Source: an uncultured Verrucomicrobiae bacterium
GTDB taxonomy: Bacteria; Verrucomicrobiota; Verrucomicrobiia; Chthoniobacterales; JAATET01
NCBI GenBank assembly: GCA_963719495.1
Contig: CAVRCI010000001.1
Coordinates: 354,864-418,863, forward strand
Reading direction: 5' to 3'
Length of the DNA: 64,000 nucleotides
A program made the position numbers and the translations under genes. Numbering within the stretch: the stretch's first letter is position 1; the number at the start of each line of letters is the position of its first letter. The notes beneath the pieces are model-generated. The model was not told the DNA's origin, did not search any database, and saw only the letters and a program-made list of their open reading frames with translations. This document shows positions 1 through 9,497 of this stretch, piece after piece.

Positions 1-2
1 CC

Positions 3-1907
3 CTCATCAATTACCACCCCCACCACACCATCGTCCTCAACGTCGAACCCGAGCACCTCGACTTCTACAAGGACCTCGCCGCCATCGACGCCGTCTACAC
101 CCGCCTCCTCAACCAGACTTCCCACCACATCTTTTACTGCGCCGACGACGAGGGAGCCACCCGCCTCTGCGCCCCCTACGACCGCGCCATCGGCTACGGA
201 GCCAGCGCCAATGCCCGCTACCGGCTCACCGACCTGCACACCGCCAACTTCTGCTCGAAATTTTCCGTCACCCGCGACGGCGAACCGCTCGGCGAATTCG
301 AACTCAACGTCCCCGGCGCGCACAACGCCACCAACGCACTCGCCGTCATCGCCCTCGCCACCGAACTCGGCGCCGACCGCGACGCCATCGCCGCCGCCCT
401 GACGACGTTCCGCGGTGCCCGCCGCCGCTTCGAGATCAAATACCAGTCCGACCGCAACCTCCTCGTCGACGACTACGGCCACCACCCCACCGAGATCGCC
501 GCCACCCTCGCCACCGCCCGCACCGGCGGCTGGAAACGCACCCTCGTGATGTTCCAGCCCCACCGCTACTCCCGCACCGTCGCGCTCAAGGATCAATTCG
601 GACCCGCCTTCCGCGATTCAGATTCCGTCGTCATCGCCGACGTCTACCCCGCCAGCGAGCGACCCATCCCCGGCATCTCCGGTCTCACCGTCGCCGAATC
701 CCTCACCGCCGCCGGCCACCCGTCCGTCCGCTTCCAACCCGAAATGATCCAGGTTCCCTGGGAAATCGGACCGCAAATCCGCGACGGCGACCTCATTCTA
801 AGCTTGGGCGCCGGCAACATCCACGAAGCCGGCACCCAGCTCACAGCCGACCTCATTCTCCGCGACAAACTCCAGACCCTCATCGGCCCCGGCACCGTCC
901 GCCTCTACGAACCTCTCTCCAAACACACCACCATCAAAATCGGCGGCCCCGCCCAATTCTGGGTCGAACCCGAAACCGAAGAAGGCTTCGCCGACCTCGT
1001 CCAGCACTGCTTCGACACCGCCATCCCGTTCATGGTCATCGGCCGCGGCAGCAACCTCCTCGTCCGCGACGGCGGCATCCCCGGCGTCGTCGCCCACCTG
1101 TCAAAGGGCGAATTCGCCCACCACAGCCTCGACGGTGACACCATCACCGCCGGAGTCGGGGTAAAGTTCAAACAACTCGCCGCCATTGCAAAGAACGCCC
1201 ACCTCGGCGGCTTCGAATGGATGGAAGGCATCCCCGGCAACGTCGGCGGCGGCCTCCGCATGAACGCCGGAGCCATGGGCATCCAGACCTTCGACCAGGT
1301 CCTGCGCGTCCGCACCTGCGACGAAGACGGCAACATCGTCACCCGCACCCCCGCTGAAATGAACGTCGCCTACCGCCACGTCGATTCCCTCACCACGAAC
1401 TACGCCCTCTCCGCCGTCTTCACCGGAGCCACCGCACCCCGCGAAGAAATCGAGACAAAGCTAGCCGCATCCGAATCCCACCGACGCGAAAGCCAGCCCA
1501 TCGCCGCCTGCGCCGGCTGCATCTTCAAAAACCCAAAAGAGATCCCCGCCGGCAAACTCATCGACGAACTCGGCTTCAAAAACTTCACCGTCGGCCACGC
1601 GAGGGTCAGCGAAGTCCACGGCAACTTCATCGTCAACGACGGCGGAGCCACCGCCGAAGAAGTCCTAACCCTAATCGAAGAAATCACCGCCGCCGCCAAA
1701 AGAGACCGAAACATCGACCTCCAAACCGAAGTCCAAATAGTAGGCCAAGACCAAGGGTGCGCCAGCACCCCGGGGACCGCGAGCTTCCCGGGGACCGCGA
1801 GCTTCCCGGGGACCGCGAGCTTCCTGGGGACCGCGAGCTTCCAGCTCGCCCCGACGGGCTTCCAGCCCGTCGGCCCCACCCAAATCGAGCAAAGCGAGAT
1901 CAAATAA
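3..1907 (+). CDS. murC-murB: MurC-MurB fusion (UDP-N-acetylmuramate--L-alanine ligase, 5' partial, fused to UDP-N-acetylmuramate dehydrogenase)
   Basis: Frame open from the window start: NVEPEHLDFY, DDYGHHPTEI, FQPHRYSRT and SLGAGNI (MurC) run without a stop into HTTIKIGGPA, GRGSNLL, GIPGNVGGGLRMNAGA, GCIFKNP and HGNFIVN (MurB). Confidence 0.95.
   Translation, partial: LINYHPHHTIVLNVEPEHLDFYKDLAAIDAVYTRLLNQTSHHIFYCADDEGATRLCAPYDRAIGYGASANARYRLTDLHTANFCSKFSVTRDGEPLGEFELNVPGAHNATNALAVIALATELGADRDAIAAALTTFRGARRRFEIKYQSDRNLLVDDYGHHPTEIAATLATARTGGWKRTLVMFQPHRYSRTVALKDQFGPAFRDSDSVVIADVYPASERPIPGISGLTVAESLTAAGHPSVRFQPEMIQVPWEIGPQIRDGDLILSLGAGNIHEAGTQLTADLILRDKLQTLIGPGTVRLYEPLSKHTTIKIGGPAQFWVEPETEEGFADLVQHCFDTAIPFMVIGRGSNLLVRDGGIPGVVAHLSKGEFAHHSLDGDTITAGVGVKFKQLAAIAKNAHLGGFEWMEGIPGNVGGGLRMNAGAMGIQTFDQVLRVRTCDEDGNIVTRTPAEMNVAYRHVDSLTTNYALSAVFTGATAPREEIETKLAASESHRRESQPIAACAGCIFKNPKEIPAGKLIDELGFKNFTVGHARVSEVHGNFIVNDGGATAEEVLTLIEEITAAAKRDRNIDLQTEVQIVGQDQGCASTPGTASFPGTASFPGTASFLGTASFQLAPTGFQPVGPTQIEQSEIK
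1770..1870 (+). repeat. Four 18-bp tandem units CCGGGGACCGCGAGCTTC ending in REP-like hairpins, in frame in the murB tail
   Basis: Units at 1770, 1788, 1806 and 1824. The last completes the hairpin GCGAGC-TTCCA-GCTCGC and is followed by ACGGGC-TTCCA-GCCCGT. Confidence 0.9.
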
Positions 1908-1917
1908 ACCAAGCAAG

Positions 1918-2856
1918 ATGACCGAAAACCCACCAACCCTATCCACCAAAAAAATCGCCGTCCTCCAAGGCGGCCCCGGAGCCGAGCGCGAAGTCTCCCT
2001 GCGCTCCGCCGCCGCCGTCACCCGCGCCCTCAAATCCCTCGGAGCCCAAGTCACGCCCGTCGACGTCCACGACGCCACCTTCACCCTCCCCGAGGACACC
2101 GACCTCGCCTTCAACATGATCCACGGCACCTTCGGCGAAGACGGCCAGATCCAGGCCATCCTCGACGAGCGCGGCATCCCCTACACCGGAGAAAACGCCG
2201 CCAATAGCCGCACCGCCTTCGACAAAATCGCCAGCAAGCGAGCCTTCGAAGCCGCCGGTGTCCCCACCGCCAAGTGGCAGGTCATCAAAGACGGTGAGCG
2301 ACCCACCCTCCCCGTCCCCCTCGTCGCCAAGCCCCCCCGCGAAGGCTCCAGCGTCGGCGTCCACATCGTCAAAGACACCAACGACCTCCAGACCGCCCTT
2401 GACGACTGCTTCGCCCGCGACGGCGAAGTCCTCATCGAAGAATTCATCGCCGGCCGTGAACTCACCGTCGGCATCGTCGGCGACGAAGCCCTCCCCATCG
2501 TCGAAATCGTCCCCAAGGTCGACTTCTACAACTACGAAAACAAATACACCGCCGGCGCCTCCGAATACACCTGCCCCGCCGCGCTCCCCGCCGACACCAC
2601 CGGCCGCGTCAAAGCCGCCGCCCTCGCCGCCCACCGCTCCCTCGGCCTCCAAGTCTATTCCCGGGTCGACGTCCTGCTCGACACCAACGAGAACCCCTAC
2701 GTCCTCGAGGTGAATACCATTCCGGGCATGACCGAAACCTCCCTCCTCCCCAAGTCCGCCGCCGCCGAGGGAATCACGTTTCCTCAGCTCTGCGAAAAAA
2801 TCGCCTCACTCTCCCTGGCGAAGCCAGCCGCATCGCCAATCACCAACAACCAATAA
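1918..2856 (+). CDS. ddl: D-alanine--D-alanine ligase
   Basis: GGPGAEREVSLRS, HGTFGEDG, EGSSVG, YNYENKY, LEVNTIPGMT. Confidence 0.97.
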   Translation: MTENPPTLSTKKIAVLQGGPGAEREVSLRSAAAVTRALKSLGAQVTPVDVHDATFTLPEDTDLAFNMIHGTFGEDGQIQAILDERGIPYTGENAANSRTAFDKIASKRAFEAAGVPTAKWQVIKDGERPTLPVPLVAKPPREGSSVGVHIVKDTNDLQTALDDCFARDGEVLIEEFIAGRELTVGIVGDEALPIVEIVPKVDFYNYENKYTAGASEYTCPAALPADTTGRVKAAALAAHRSLGLQVYSRVDVLLDTNENPYVLEVNTIPGMTETSLLPKSAAAEGITFPQLCEKIASLSLAKPAASPITNNQ

Positions 2857-2875
2857 CCATCAACATTCCAACAAG

Positions 2876-3817
2876 GTGACTAAACGCCGCACCGCCGCCA
2901 CCACCGCCAAGACGCCGCCCAACCGCCGCGCCGCGCGCCCGCGCAGCCAGCGCACGAGCAACCACCTGCTCGACGTCCGAGTCCGCCGCTCCACCGCCAC
3001 CCGCGCCCGCAACCGCCGCGTCACCCGCTTCGTCGTCCGCGCACTCCTCCTCCTCACCACCGCCGCCGCCCTCTATTTCGGCTACAACGCCGTCACCGAG
3101 AAATTCTTCCTCGCTAACCCCGAATACAACCTCCGCACCGTCGACGCCGACACCGAAGGTCTCATGTCCACCGACGAAGTCCTCGACCTCGCCGGCGTCA
3201 CCCTCGGCACCAACATCTTCAAGATCGACATCGGCGCCGCCGAGCGCGCCCTCCGCGCCATCGACCAGCTCGACACCGTCCGCATCGAACGCCGCTGGCC
3301 CGACACCCTCTCCATCCTCGCCACCAAGCGCCACCCCGTCGCCTGGCTCGCTCGCGCGAACACCGACGCCTTCTCCGCCGACAACGCCCTCCTCGTCGAC
3401 GCCGCCGGTCGCACCATTCGCCCCTACCGCATCGAGTCCGACTACTGGCACCTCCCCATCATCTACTGCGCCGACCCCAGCCTCATCAAAACGCGCGACC
3501 CCCTTGCCGCCTCCGATCTCGGAGCCGCCCTCGACATCATCAGCGTCAATCAACAAACCCCCGACTCCCTCCTCAAGATTCGAGCGCTCGACATCACCCG
3601 AGGCTACGCCATCGAAGTCACCAACGAGGCCAAAGCCACCATCCTCTTCGATCCCAAAAACCCCATCGAACAACTCGAGCGCCTCCAAAAACTCCTCGCC
3701 CACTGCGCCACCACCGGGCGCCAACTCGAAAGCGTCAACCTCATCCCCACCAAATACACCCCCGTCCAGTTCACCATGGCCGCCAACGCCACGCCCACCC
3801 CCCGCCCAAGCAATTAA
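2876..3817 (+). CDS. ftsQ: Cell division protein FtsQ/DivIB
   Basis: Basic N-terminus, single TM segment, POTRA-like region (IERRWPDTL); lies between ddl and ftsA. Confidence 0.85.
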   Translation: MTKRRTAATTAKTPPNRRAARPRSQRTSNHLLDVRVRRSTATRARNRRVTRFVVRALLLLTTAAALYFGYNAVTEKFFLANPEYNLRTVDADTEGLMSTDEVLDLAGVTLGTNIFKIDIGAAERALRAIDQLDTVRIERRWPDTLSILATKRHPVAWLARANTDAFSADNALLVDAAGRTIRPYRIESDYWHLPIIYCADPSLIKTRDPLAASDLGAALDIISVNQQTPDSLLKIRALDITRGYAIEVTNEAKATILFDPKNPIEQLERLQKLLAHCATTGRQLESVNLIPTKYTPVQFTMAANATPTPRPSN

Positions 3818-3872
3818 CGCCCGCGCCGCTCACCCACCAATCACCATTCACCCCTCACCAATCACCAGCTAA

Positions 3873-5090
3873 ATGCGCTCCCCGCTCATCGTCGGACTCG
3901 AAATCGGCACCACGAAAGTCTGCGCCGTCGTCGGCGAAACCCGCCCCGACGGAGCCCTCCGCATCCTCGGAGTCGGCGAATGCAAATCCGCCGGCATCCG
4001 CAAAGGCGAGATCGTCGACTTTGCCGGAGCCGTCGGCTGCGTCCGCGAAGCCATCGCCGAAGCCGAGGAAAAAGCCGACGCCGAGATCGGCAGCGTCTGG
4101 GTCGCCGTCACCGGCTCCCACATTCAATCCTTCAACAACCGCGGCGTCACCCAGATCCCCGAAGACCGCGGCGAAATCGACGAAGAGGACATCGCCGACG
4201 TCGAATCCAGCGCCAAGGAAGTCAGCATCCCCGACCAGAACTGGTTTATCCACACCATCCTCCAGCACTACTACGTCGACAAACAGGAAGGCGTCCTCAG
4301 CCCCGTCGGCATGCTCGGCAGCAAACTCGAAGCGGACTTCCACATCGTCCACGGCATCAAAACGCGCGTGCAAAATACCCTCCGCTGCGTCACCGACGCC
4401 GAAGCCGAAGTCGAAGACGTCGTCATCAACTCCCTCGCCGCCGCCCAGGTCGTCCTCGACCAAAACCAAAAAGACCTCGGAGCCCTCGTCATCGACATCG
4501 GCGGCGGCACCACCGACTACATCGTTTACCTCGACGGAGCCGTCCGCCACTCCGGCGTCCTCGCCATCGGCGGCGACCACATCACCAACGACATCTCCAT
4601 CGGCCTCCGCATCCCCATCGCCCGAGCCGAACGCCTGAAAGTCGAAGAAGGCAGCGCCCAAGTCGATGACGCCATCCCCGGCGAAACCATCATCCTCAAA
4701 AACGACTCCGGCTTCTCCGGCTGCGAAATCGAGCGAGCCAGTCTCTACCAAATCATCGACGCGAGAATCCGCGAACTCTTCCACTTGGTGAGAAGAGACT
4801 GCGACGCCCACTGCGACTTGAACATGATCCGAGCCGGAGTCTTCCTGACCGGTGGCTGCTCCCTCCTCCAAGGCCTCCCAAGGGTAGCCGAGGAAGTCTT
4901 CGACATGCCCGTCCAAGCGGCAATCGCGCAGGAAGTCGCCGGCCCCACGTCCGTCTTCCAAAACCCCCGCTACGCCACCGCGATCGGCGTGGTCAAGTAT
5001 GCCCAGCTCATGGCCGTAACCCCCGAGCCAACCTCCCTCTTCGGCAACTTCGGAAAAAAAGTCGGAGGCCTCTTCGGCAGAAAGCGGTAG
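3873..5090 (+). CDS. ftsA: Cell division protein FtsA
   Basis: GLEIGTTKV, IDIGGGTT, GGDHITNDI, LTGGCS, C-terminal amphipathic helix. Confidence 0.97.
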   Translation: MRSPLIVGLEIGTTKVCAVVGETRPDGALRILGVGECKSAGIRKGEIVDFAGAVGCVREAIAEAEEKADAEIGSVWVAVTGSHIQSFNNRGVTQIPEDRGEIDEEDIADVESSAKEVSIPDQNWFIHTILQHYYVDKQEGVLSPVGMLGSKLEADFHIVHGIKTRVQNTLRCVTDAEAEVEDVVINSLAAAQVVLDQNQKDLGALVIDIGGGTTDYIVYLDGAVRHSGVLAIGGDHITNDISIGLRIPIARAERLKVEEGSAQVDDAIPGETIILKNDSGFSGCEIERASLYQIIDARIRELFHLVRRDCDAHCDLNMIRAGVFLTGGCSLLQGLPRVAEEVFDMPVQAAIAQEVAGPTSVFQNPRYATAIGVVKYAQLMAVTPEPTSLFGNFGKKVGGLFGRKR

Positions 5091-5105
5091 CAAAGCCAAA
5101 CCAAA

Positions 5106-5133
5106 GGTAGGGAAGCCGCGCCGCCGGGTTCCC
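5106..5133 (+). repeat. GTAG-type REP-like element (divergent copy)
   Basis: GGTAGGGAAGCCGCGCCGCCGGGTTCCC resembles GGTAGGGAACGTCGCGCCGCGCGTTCC at about 58747 and 63765. Confidence 0.6.
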
Positions 5134-5253
5134 ACTTCCAAACGACGAGAAGATTCAGACATCCCCACCAACCGCCGCCGAACCCAAGAGCAGAGCCATC
5201 CAACCCTTTCACTCCTTTGCGCCCTTAGCGACCTTCTGTTCAAAAATCATATC

Positions 5254-6579
5254 ATGATCGAACTCGCAACAGCAACCCTCAACCGCACCCCCCCCACCCC
5301 ACCCCGCGTCCTCGTCCTCGGAGTCGGCAACGCCGGCGTCACCCTCGCCGACCGTCTCATCCTCGCCGGCTGCACCGACCACGCCACCATCGCCGCCGTC
5401 AACACCGACAGCACCTCCCTCGACGCCTCCGTCGCCGACACCCGCCTCCTCATCGGCTCGAAAACCGCGCGTGGCCTCGGAGCCGGCGGCGATCCCGACC
5501 TCGGCCACGACGCCGCCACCGAATCCCTCGACGAACTCACCACCCTCCTCGGCGACGCCCAAGTCGTCATCCTCTGCGCCGGCCTCGGCGGCGGAGTCGG
5601 CAGCGGTGCCCTCCCCCTCATCGCCGAGACCGCCCGCCGGCAAAACGCCCACGTCCTCGCCGTCTGCACCCGCCCCTTCACCTTCGAAGGCAAACGCCGC
5701 ACCCAGCAAGCCGCCACCGCCATCGACGCCCTCACCCAGCACACCGACGCCCTCTTCTTCTTCGACAACGACCGCATGGCCGAACTCGCGGAACCCCTCT
5801 CCGGCGTCCACGAGACCTTCTCCGCCTCCGACGAACTCATCTCCGCCAACGTCGCCGCCCTCCTCCGCCTCACCCGCTCCAGCGGCCCCATCCACGTCTC
5901 CCTCGGCGACCTCATCGCCCTCTTCCAAGGACCCGCCGACACCTGCGCCTTCGGATCCGGCACCGCCACCGGCCGCAACCGAGCCAACGAAGCCGTCGAG
6001 CTGGCCCTAAAGAACCCCATGCTCGACCGAGGCAACCTCCTCGCCCAAGCCCGCACCGCCCTCCTCCGCATCGAAGGCCCCGCCGACCTCCGCTTCATCG
6101 AAGTCCAAGCCATGATGCAATCCCTCACCCGCCACCTCGCGGAAGACTGCACCCTCAACTTCGCCGTGGAAACCACCCCCGAAGAAAACACCCCGGTCAC
6201 CGTCTCCATCCTCGCAACCCTCGGCCAGCGCCCCGCCAAGCCACCAGAATCAGCCCCCGCTCCCGCACCCAAAGCCGAGCAGCTCGCACCGACGCCGCCG
6301 CCGACCGCGGACCCCGTCCCAGTCGAACAAATCGAAGTCCCGGACCCAACCCCGGTAGCCCAAGCCACCCCAGCCCCGACCGACGACACCGAACTCTTCG
6401 ACACCGACCCCTTCACGATCCCCAAGACTCCCACGTCCAAAAAGACGAAGCCAAAGCAGGAAACTCTCAGCCTGGACACCGGAAGCCGAGGCCGCTTCGA
6501 CAAAAGCGAACCCACGATCGTCGGAGGAGAAGACTTGGACGTCCCCACCTTCATCCGCCAAAAAATCCGACTCTCCTAA
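5254..6579 (+). CDS. ftsZ: Cell division protein FtsZ (divergent)
   Basis: VNTD, GLGAGGDP, GLGGGVGSG, RPFTFEGKRR, C-terminal DLDVPTFIR; follows ftsA. Confidence 0.92.
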   Translation: MIELATATLNRTPPTPPRVLVLGVGNAGVTLADRLILAGCTDHATIAAVNTDSTSLDASVADTRLLIGSKTARGLGAGGDPDLGHDAATESLDELTTLLGDAQVVILCAGLGGGVGSGALPLIAETARRQNAHVLAVCTRPFTFEGKRRTQQAATAIDALTQHTDALFFFDNDRMAELAEPLSGVHETFSASDELISANVAALLRLTRSSGPIHVSLGDLIALFQGPADTCAFGSGTATGRNRANEAVELALKNPMLDRGNLLAQARTALLRIEGPADLRFIEVQAMMQSLTRHLAEDCTLNFAVETTPEENTPVTVSILATLGQRPAKPPESAPAPAPKAEQLAPTPPPTADPVPVEQIEVPDPTPVAQATPAPTDDTELFDTDPFTIPKTPTSKKTKPKQETLSLDTGSRGRFDKSEPTIVGGEDLDVPTFIRQKIRLS

Positions 6580-6599
6580 GGCATTCGCCACCCGTGAAA

Positions 6600-6643
6600 C
6601 CGGGTTGCCTTCGGCGGTCTCCGCTCCGCTCCGGCTCCAGCCG
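6600..6643 (+). repeat. 44-bp dispersed repeat, copy 1
   Basis: CCGGGTTGCCTTCGGCGGTCTCCGCTCCGCTCCGGCTCCAGCCG differs by one base from 33047-33090; a 20-bp inverted partial copy is at 41621-41640. Confidence 0.9.
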
Positions 6644-6774
6644 ATCACCATCCAAAAATCGGCTGAAAGCCGATTCCATTCGAAGTCAGAAAGGCCCGAT
6701 CCAACGAGGCCCCAGGCTGCGCCCCCACAACCCATTTCTCATTCCTCATTTCAAATTTCTCATTTCTTATAAAG

Positions 6775-9360
6775 ATGCGCCCCGACCGATTCACCCAAAA
6801 GACCCAGGAAGCCTTCGCCACCGCGCTTGACCTCGCGTCCAAGCGCGACCACCAGGAGATCGGCAACGAACACTTCCTCCTCGCCCTCCTCCAGCAACCC
6901 GACGGCCTCACCCGCCCCCTCCTCGAAAAGCTCGGCCTCGCCCCCGCCACCGTCGAATCCGCCCTCGAATCGACCCTCGCCAAACGCTCCACCGTCCACG
7001 GCGGCAACACCCCCACCCTCAGCACCGACCTCCGCCGCACCCTCGACGCAGCCGAGGCCGAGATGGCCAGGCTCAAGGACGAATACCTCTCCGCCGAACA
7101 CTACCTCCTCGCGCTCCTCGCTTCGAAAGACGAAGCCGCCCGCCAACTCACCACCGCCGGCATCACCCGCGACAAACTGCTCTCCGCCCTCACCTCGATC
7201 CGCGGCAACCAGCGCGTCACCGATCAAGACCCCGAAGGCAAATACCAAACCCTCGAAAAATACGGCCGCGACCTCACCGACCTCGCCCGCAAGGGCAGGA
7301 TCGACCCCGTCATCGGCCGCGACGAAGAGATCCGCCGCACCATGCAGGTCCTCTCCCGCCGCACGAAAAACAATCCCGTCCTCATCGGCGAACCCGGCAC
7401 CGGGAAGACCGCCATCGTCGAGGGCCTCGCCCGCCGCATCGTCGCCGGCGACGTCCCCGAATCCGTCAAAAACAAACGCATCATCGCGATGGACATCGGT
7501 GCCATGGTCGCCGGAGCCAAGTTCCGCGGCGAATTCGAAGACCGCCTCAAAGCCTTCCTCAAAGAAGTCACGTCCTCCGAGGGCCAGATCATTCTCTTCA
7601 TCGACGAACTCCACACCATCGTCGGAGCGGGAGCCGCCGAAGGCTCCATGGACGCCTCCAATCTCCTCAAACCACAGCTCGCCCGCGGCGAACTCCGCAC
7701 CATCGGCGCGACCACCCTGGACGAGTATCGCAAATACATCGAAAAAGACGCCGCCCTCGAACGCCGCTTCCAACCCGTCAAGGTCGACGAACCCAGCGTC
7801 GAAGACACCATCGCCATCCTCCGCGGCCTCAAGGAACGCTACGAAGTCCACCACGGCGTCCGCATCCAGGACAGCGCCATCGTCGCCGCCGCCGTCCTCT
7901 CCGACCGCTACATCAGCGACCGTTTCCTCCCCGACAAAGCCGTCGACCTCATCGACGAAGCCGCCTCCCGCCTCAAGATCGAACTCGATTCCCTTCCCAC
8001 CGAGATCGACCAACTCGAGCGTCAGGTCATGCAGCTCGAAATGGAGCGCCAAGCCCTCAAAAAAGAAAAGGATCCCGCCAGCCGAGATCGCCTGGAAAAG
8101 CTCGAACGCGACTTAGCCAACATCCGCGAATCTGCCGACCACCTCAAAGCCCAATGGCAGAAGGAGAAAGCGGAAATCGGCAAAACCCAAAAACTAGCCG
8201 AGCAAATCGAAGCTCTAAAAACCGAACTCGAACAAGCTCAACGCCAAGGCAACCTCCAGCGAGCCAGCGAAATCCAATACGGCGACCTCCCTGACCTCCA
8301 GCGCCAGCTGGACCATCCCCCAAAAACGGAGGGCGAGGCTCCCGCCGAGCCCACTTCGACACCCTCCCTCCTCCGCGAAGAAGTCACCGAAGAAGACATC
8401 GCCCGCACCGTAGCCACCTGGACCGGCATCCCCGTCACCCGCCTCCAGGAAGGCGAACGAGCCAAACTGGTCAAGATGGAAGACCGCTTGGCCGCCCGCG
8501 TCGTCGGCCAACTCCAAGCGATCAAAGCCGTCTCCAACGCCGTCCGCCGCGCCCGAGCCGGTCTCCAGGACGAAAACCGCCCCATCGGCAGCTTCCTCTT
8601 CCTCGGCCCCACCGGAGTCGGTAAAACCGAACTTAGCAAGGCCTTAGCCGAATTTCTCTTCGACGACGAAAACGCCATCGTCCGCCTGGACATGAGCGAA
8701 TACATGGAAAAGCACACCGTCGCCCGCCTCATCGGCGCGCCCCCCGGTTACGTCGGCTACGAAGAAGGCGGCCAGCTCAGCGAAGCCGTCCGGCGAAAGC
8801 CCTATTCCGTCGTCCTCTTCGACGAAATCGAAAAAGCCCACCCCGACGTCTTCAACGTCCTCCTCCAAGTCCTCGACGACGGTCGCATCACCGACGGCCA
8901 AGCCCGCACCGTCGACTTCAAGAACACCGTCCTCATCCTCACGTCCAACATCGGCAGCCAATACATCATGGAGGAGCTGCCCGTCGAAGAACGCAACGCC
9001 CGCGTCACCACCGCGCTCAAGGACCACTTCCGCCCCGAATTCCTCAACCGAATCGACGAAACCATCATCTTCGACCGCTTGGCCGAAGACCAGATCACCC
9101 GCATCGTCGACATCCAACTCGACCGCCTCCTCGCGCGACTGGCCAAACAGAACCTCACCCTCACGCTCACCGACGAAGCCCGCCAATTCCTGGCCAGCGA
9201 AGGCTACGACCCCGCCTACGGAGCGAGACCCCTCAAGCGAGTCATCCAACGCCAAATCCTCGACCCACTGGCCATCGACCTCCTCGACGGCAAATTCGCC
9301 CCCGGCGACACCATTCAAGCCGACCTGGAAACCGACCACCTCACCTTCCAGAAACGCTGA
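6775..9360 (+). CDS. clpB: ATP-dependent chaperone ClpB
   Basis: Two AAA+ modules ([16 protein letters not shown]), [10 protein letters not shown], middle coiled coil, 861 aa. Confidence 0.98.
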   Translation: MRPDRFTQKTQEAFATALDLASKRDHQEIGNEHFLLALLQQPDGLTRPLLEKLGLAPATVESALESTLAKRSTVHGGNTPTLSTDLRRTLDAAEAEMARLKDEYLSAEHYLLALLASKDEAARQLTTAGITRDKLLSALTSIRGNQRVTDQDPEGKYQTLEKYGRDLTDLARKGRIDPVIGRDEEIRRTMQVLSRRTKNNPVLIGEPGTGKTAIVEGLARRIVAGDVPESVKNKRIIAMDIGAMVAGAKFRGEFEDRLKAFLKEVTSSEGQIILFIDELHTIVGAGAAEGSMDASNLLKPQLARGELRTIGATTLDEYRKYIEKDAALERRFQPVKVDEPSVEDTIAILRGLKERYEVHHGVRIQDSAIVAAAVLSDRYISDRFLPDKAVDLIDEAASRLKIELDSLPTEIDQLERQVMQLEMERQALKKEKDPASRDRLEKLERDLANIRESADHLKAQWQKEKAEIGKTQKLAEQIEALKTELEQAQRQGNLQRASEIQYGDLPDLQRQLDHPPKTEGEAPAEPTSTPSLLREEVTEEDIARTVATWTGIPVTRLQEGERAKLVKMEDRLAARVVGQLQAIKAVSNAVRRARAGLQDENRPIGSFLFLGPTGVGKTELSKALAEFLFDDENAIVRLDMSEYMEKHTVARLIGAPPGYVGYEEGGQLSEAVRRKPYSVVLFDEIEKAHPDVFNVLLQVLDDGRITDGQARTVDFKNTVLILTSNIGSQYIMEELPVEERNARVTTALKDHFRPEFLNRIDETIIFDRLAEDQITRIVDIQLDRLLARLAKQNLTLTLTDEARQFLASEGYDPAYGARPLKRVIQRQILDPLAIDLLDGKFAPGDTIQADLETDHLTFQKR

Positions 9361-9419
9361 TCCCAGCGCCCCCGACACCCCGCGCCCACCCAAACCACAG
9401 CCAAGCCACTCCCGACCCG

Positions 9420-9459
9420 TTACCGATAAAACGTAACGGCCGTTACGTTTTATCGGTAA
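9420..9459. repeat. Perfect 40-bp palindrome P1
   Basis: TTACCGATAAAACGTAACGG|CCGTTACGTTTTATCGGTAA is its own reverse complement. Confidence 0.98.
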
Positions 9460-9497
9460 GCTTTTCCCTCTCAGCCTGCCCTGTTAACCTACGCGCC

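Noticed and set aside
5205..5250. Short degenerate 9-10-nt periodic motifs before ftsZ and at 40244-40274
   Set aside because: Each occurs once in the window, which is too weak to define a repeat family here.
6760..8052. Long antisense and alternate-frame ORFs (also 9489-11483, 13665-15350, 27267-29753, 32832-34781, 48610-50478)
   Set aside because: They are shadows of real genes, caused by high GC content and biased codon use, and show no recognisable motifs.
9420..9459. Protelomerase or hairpin-telomere site
   Set aside because: A perfect palindrome fits, but there are four copies and no protelomerase or phage genes in the window.
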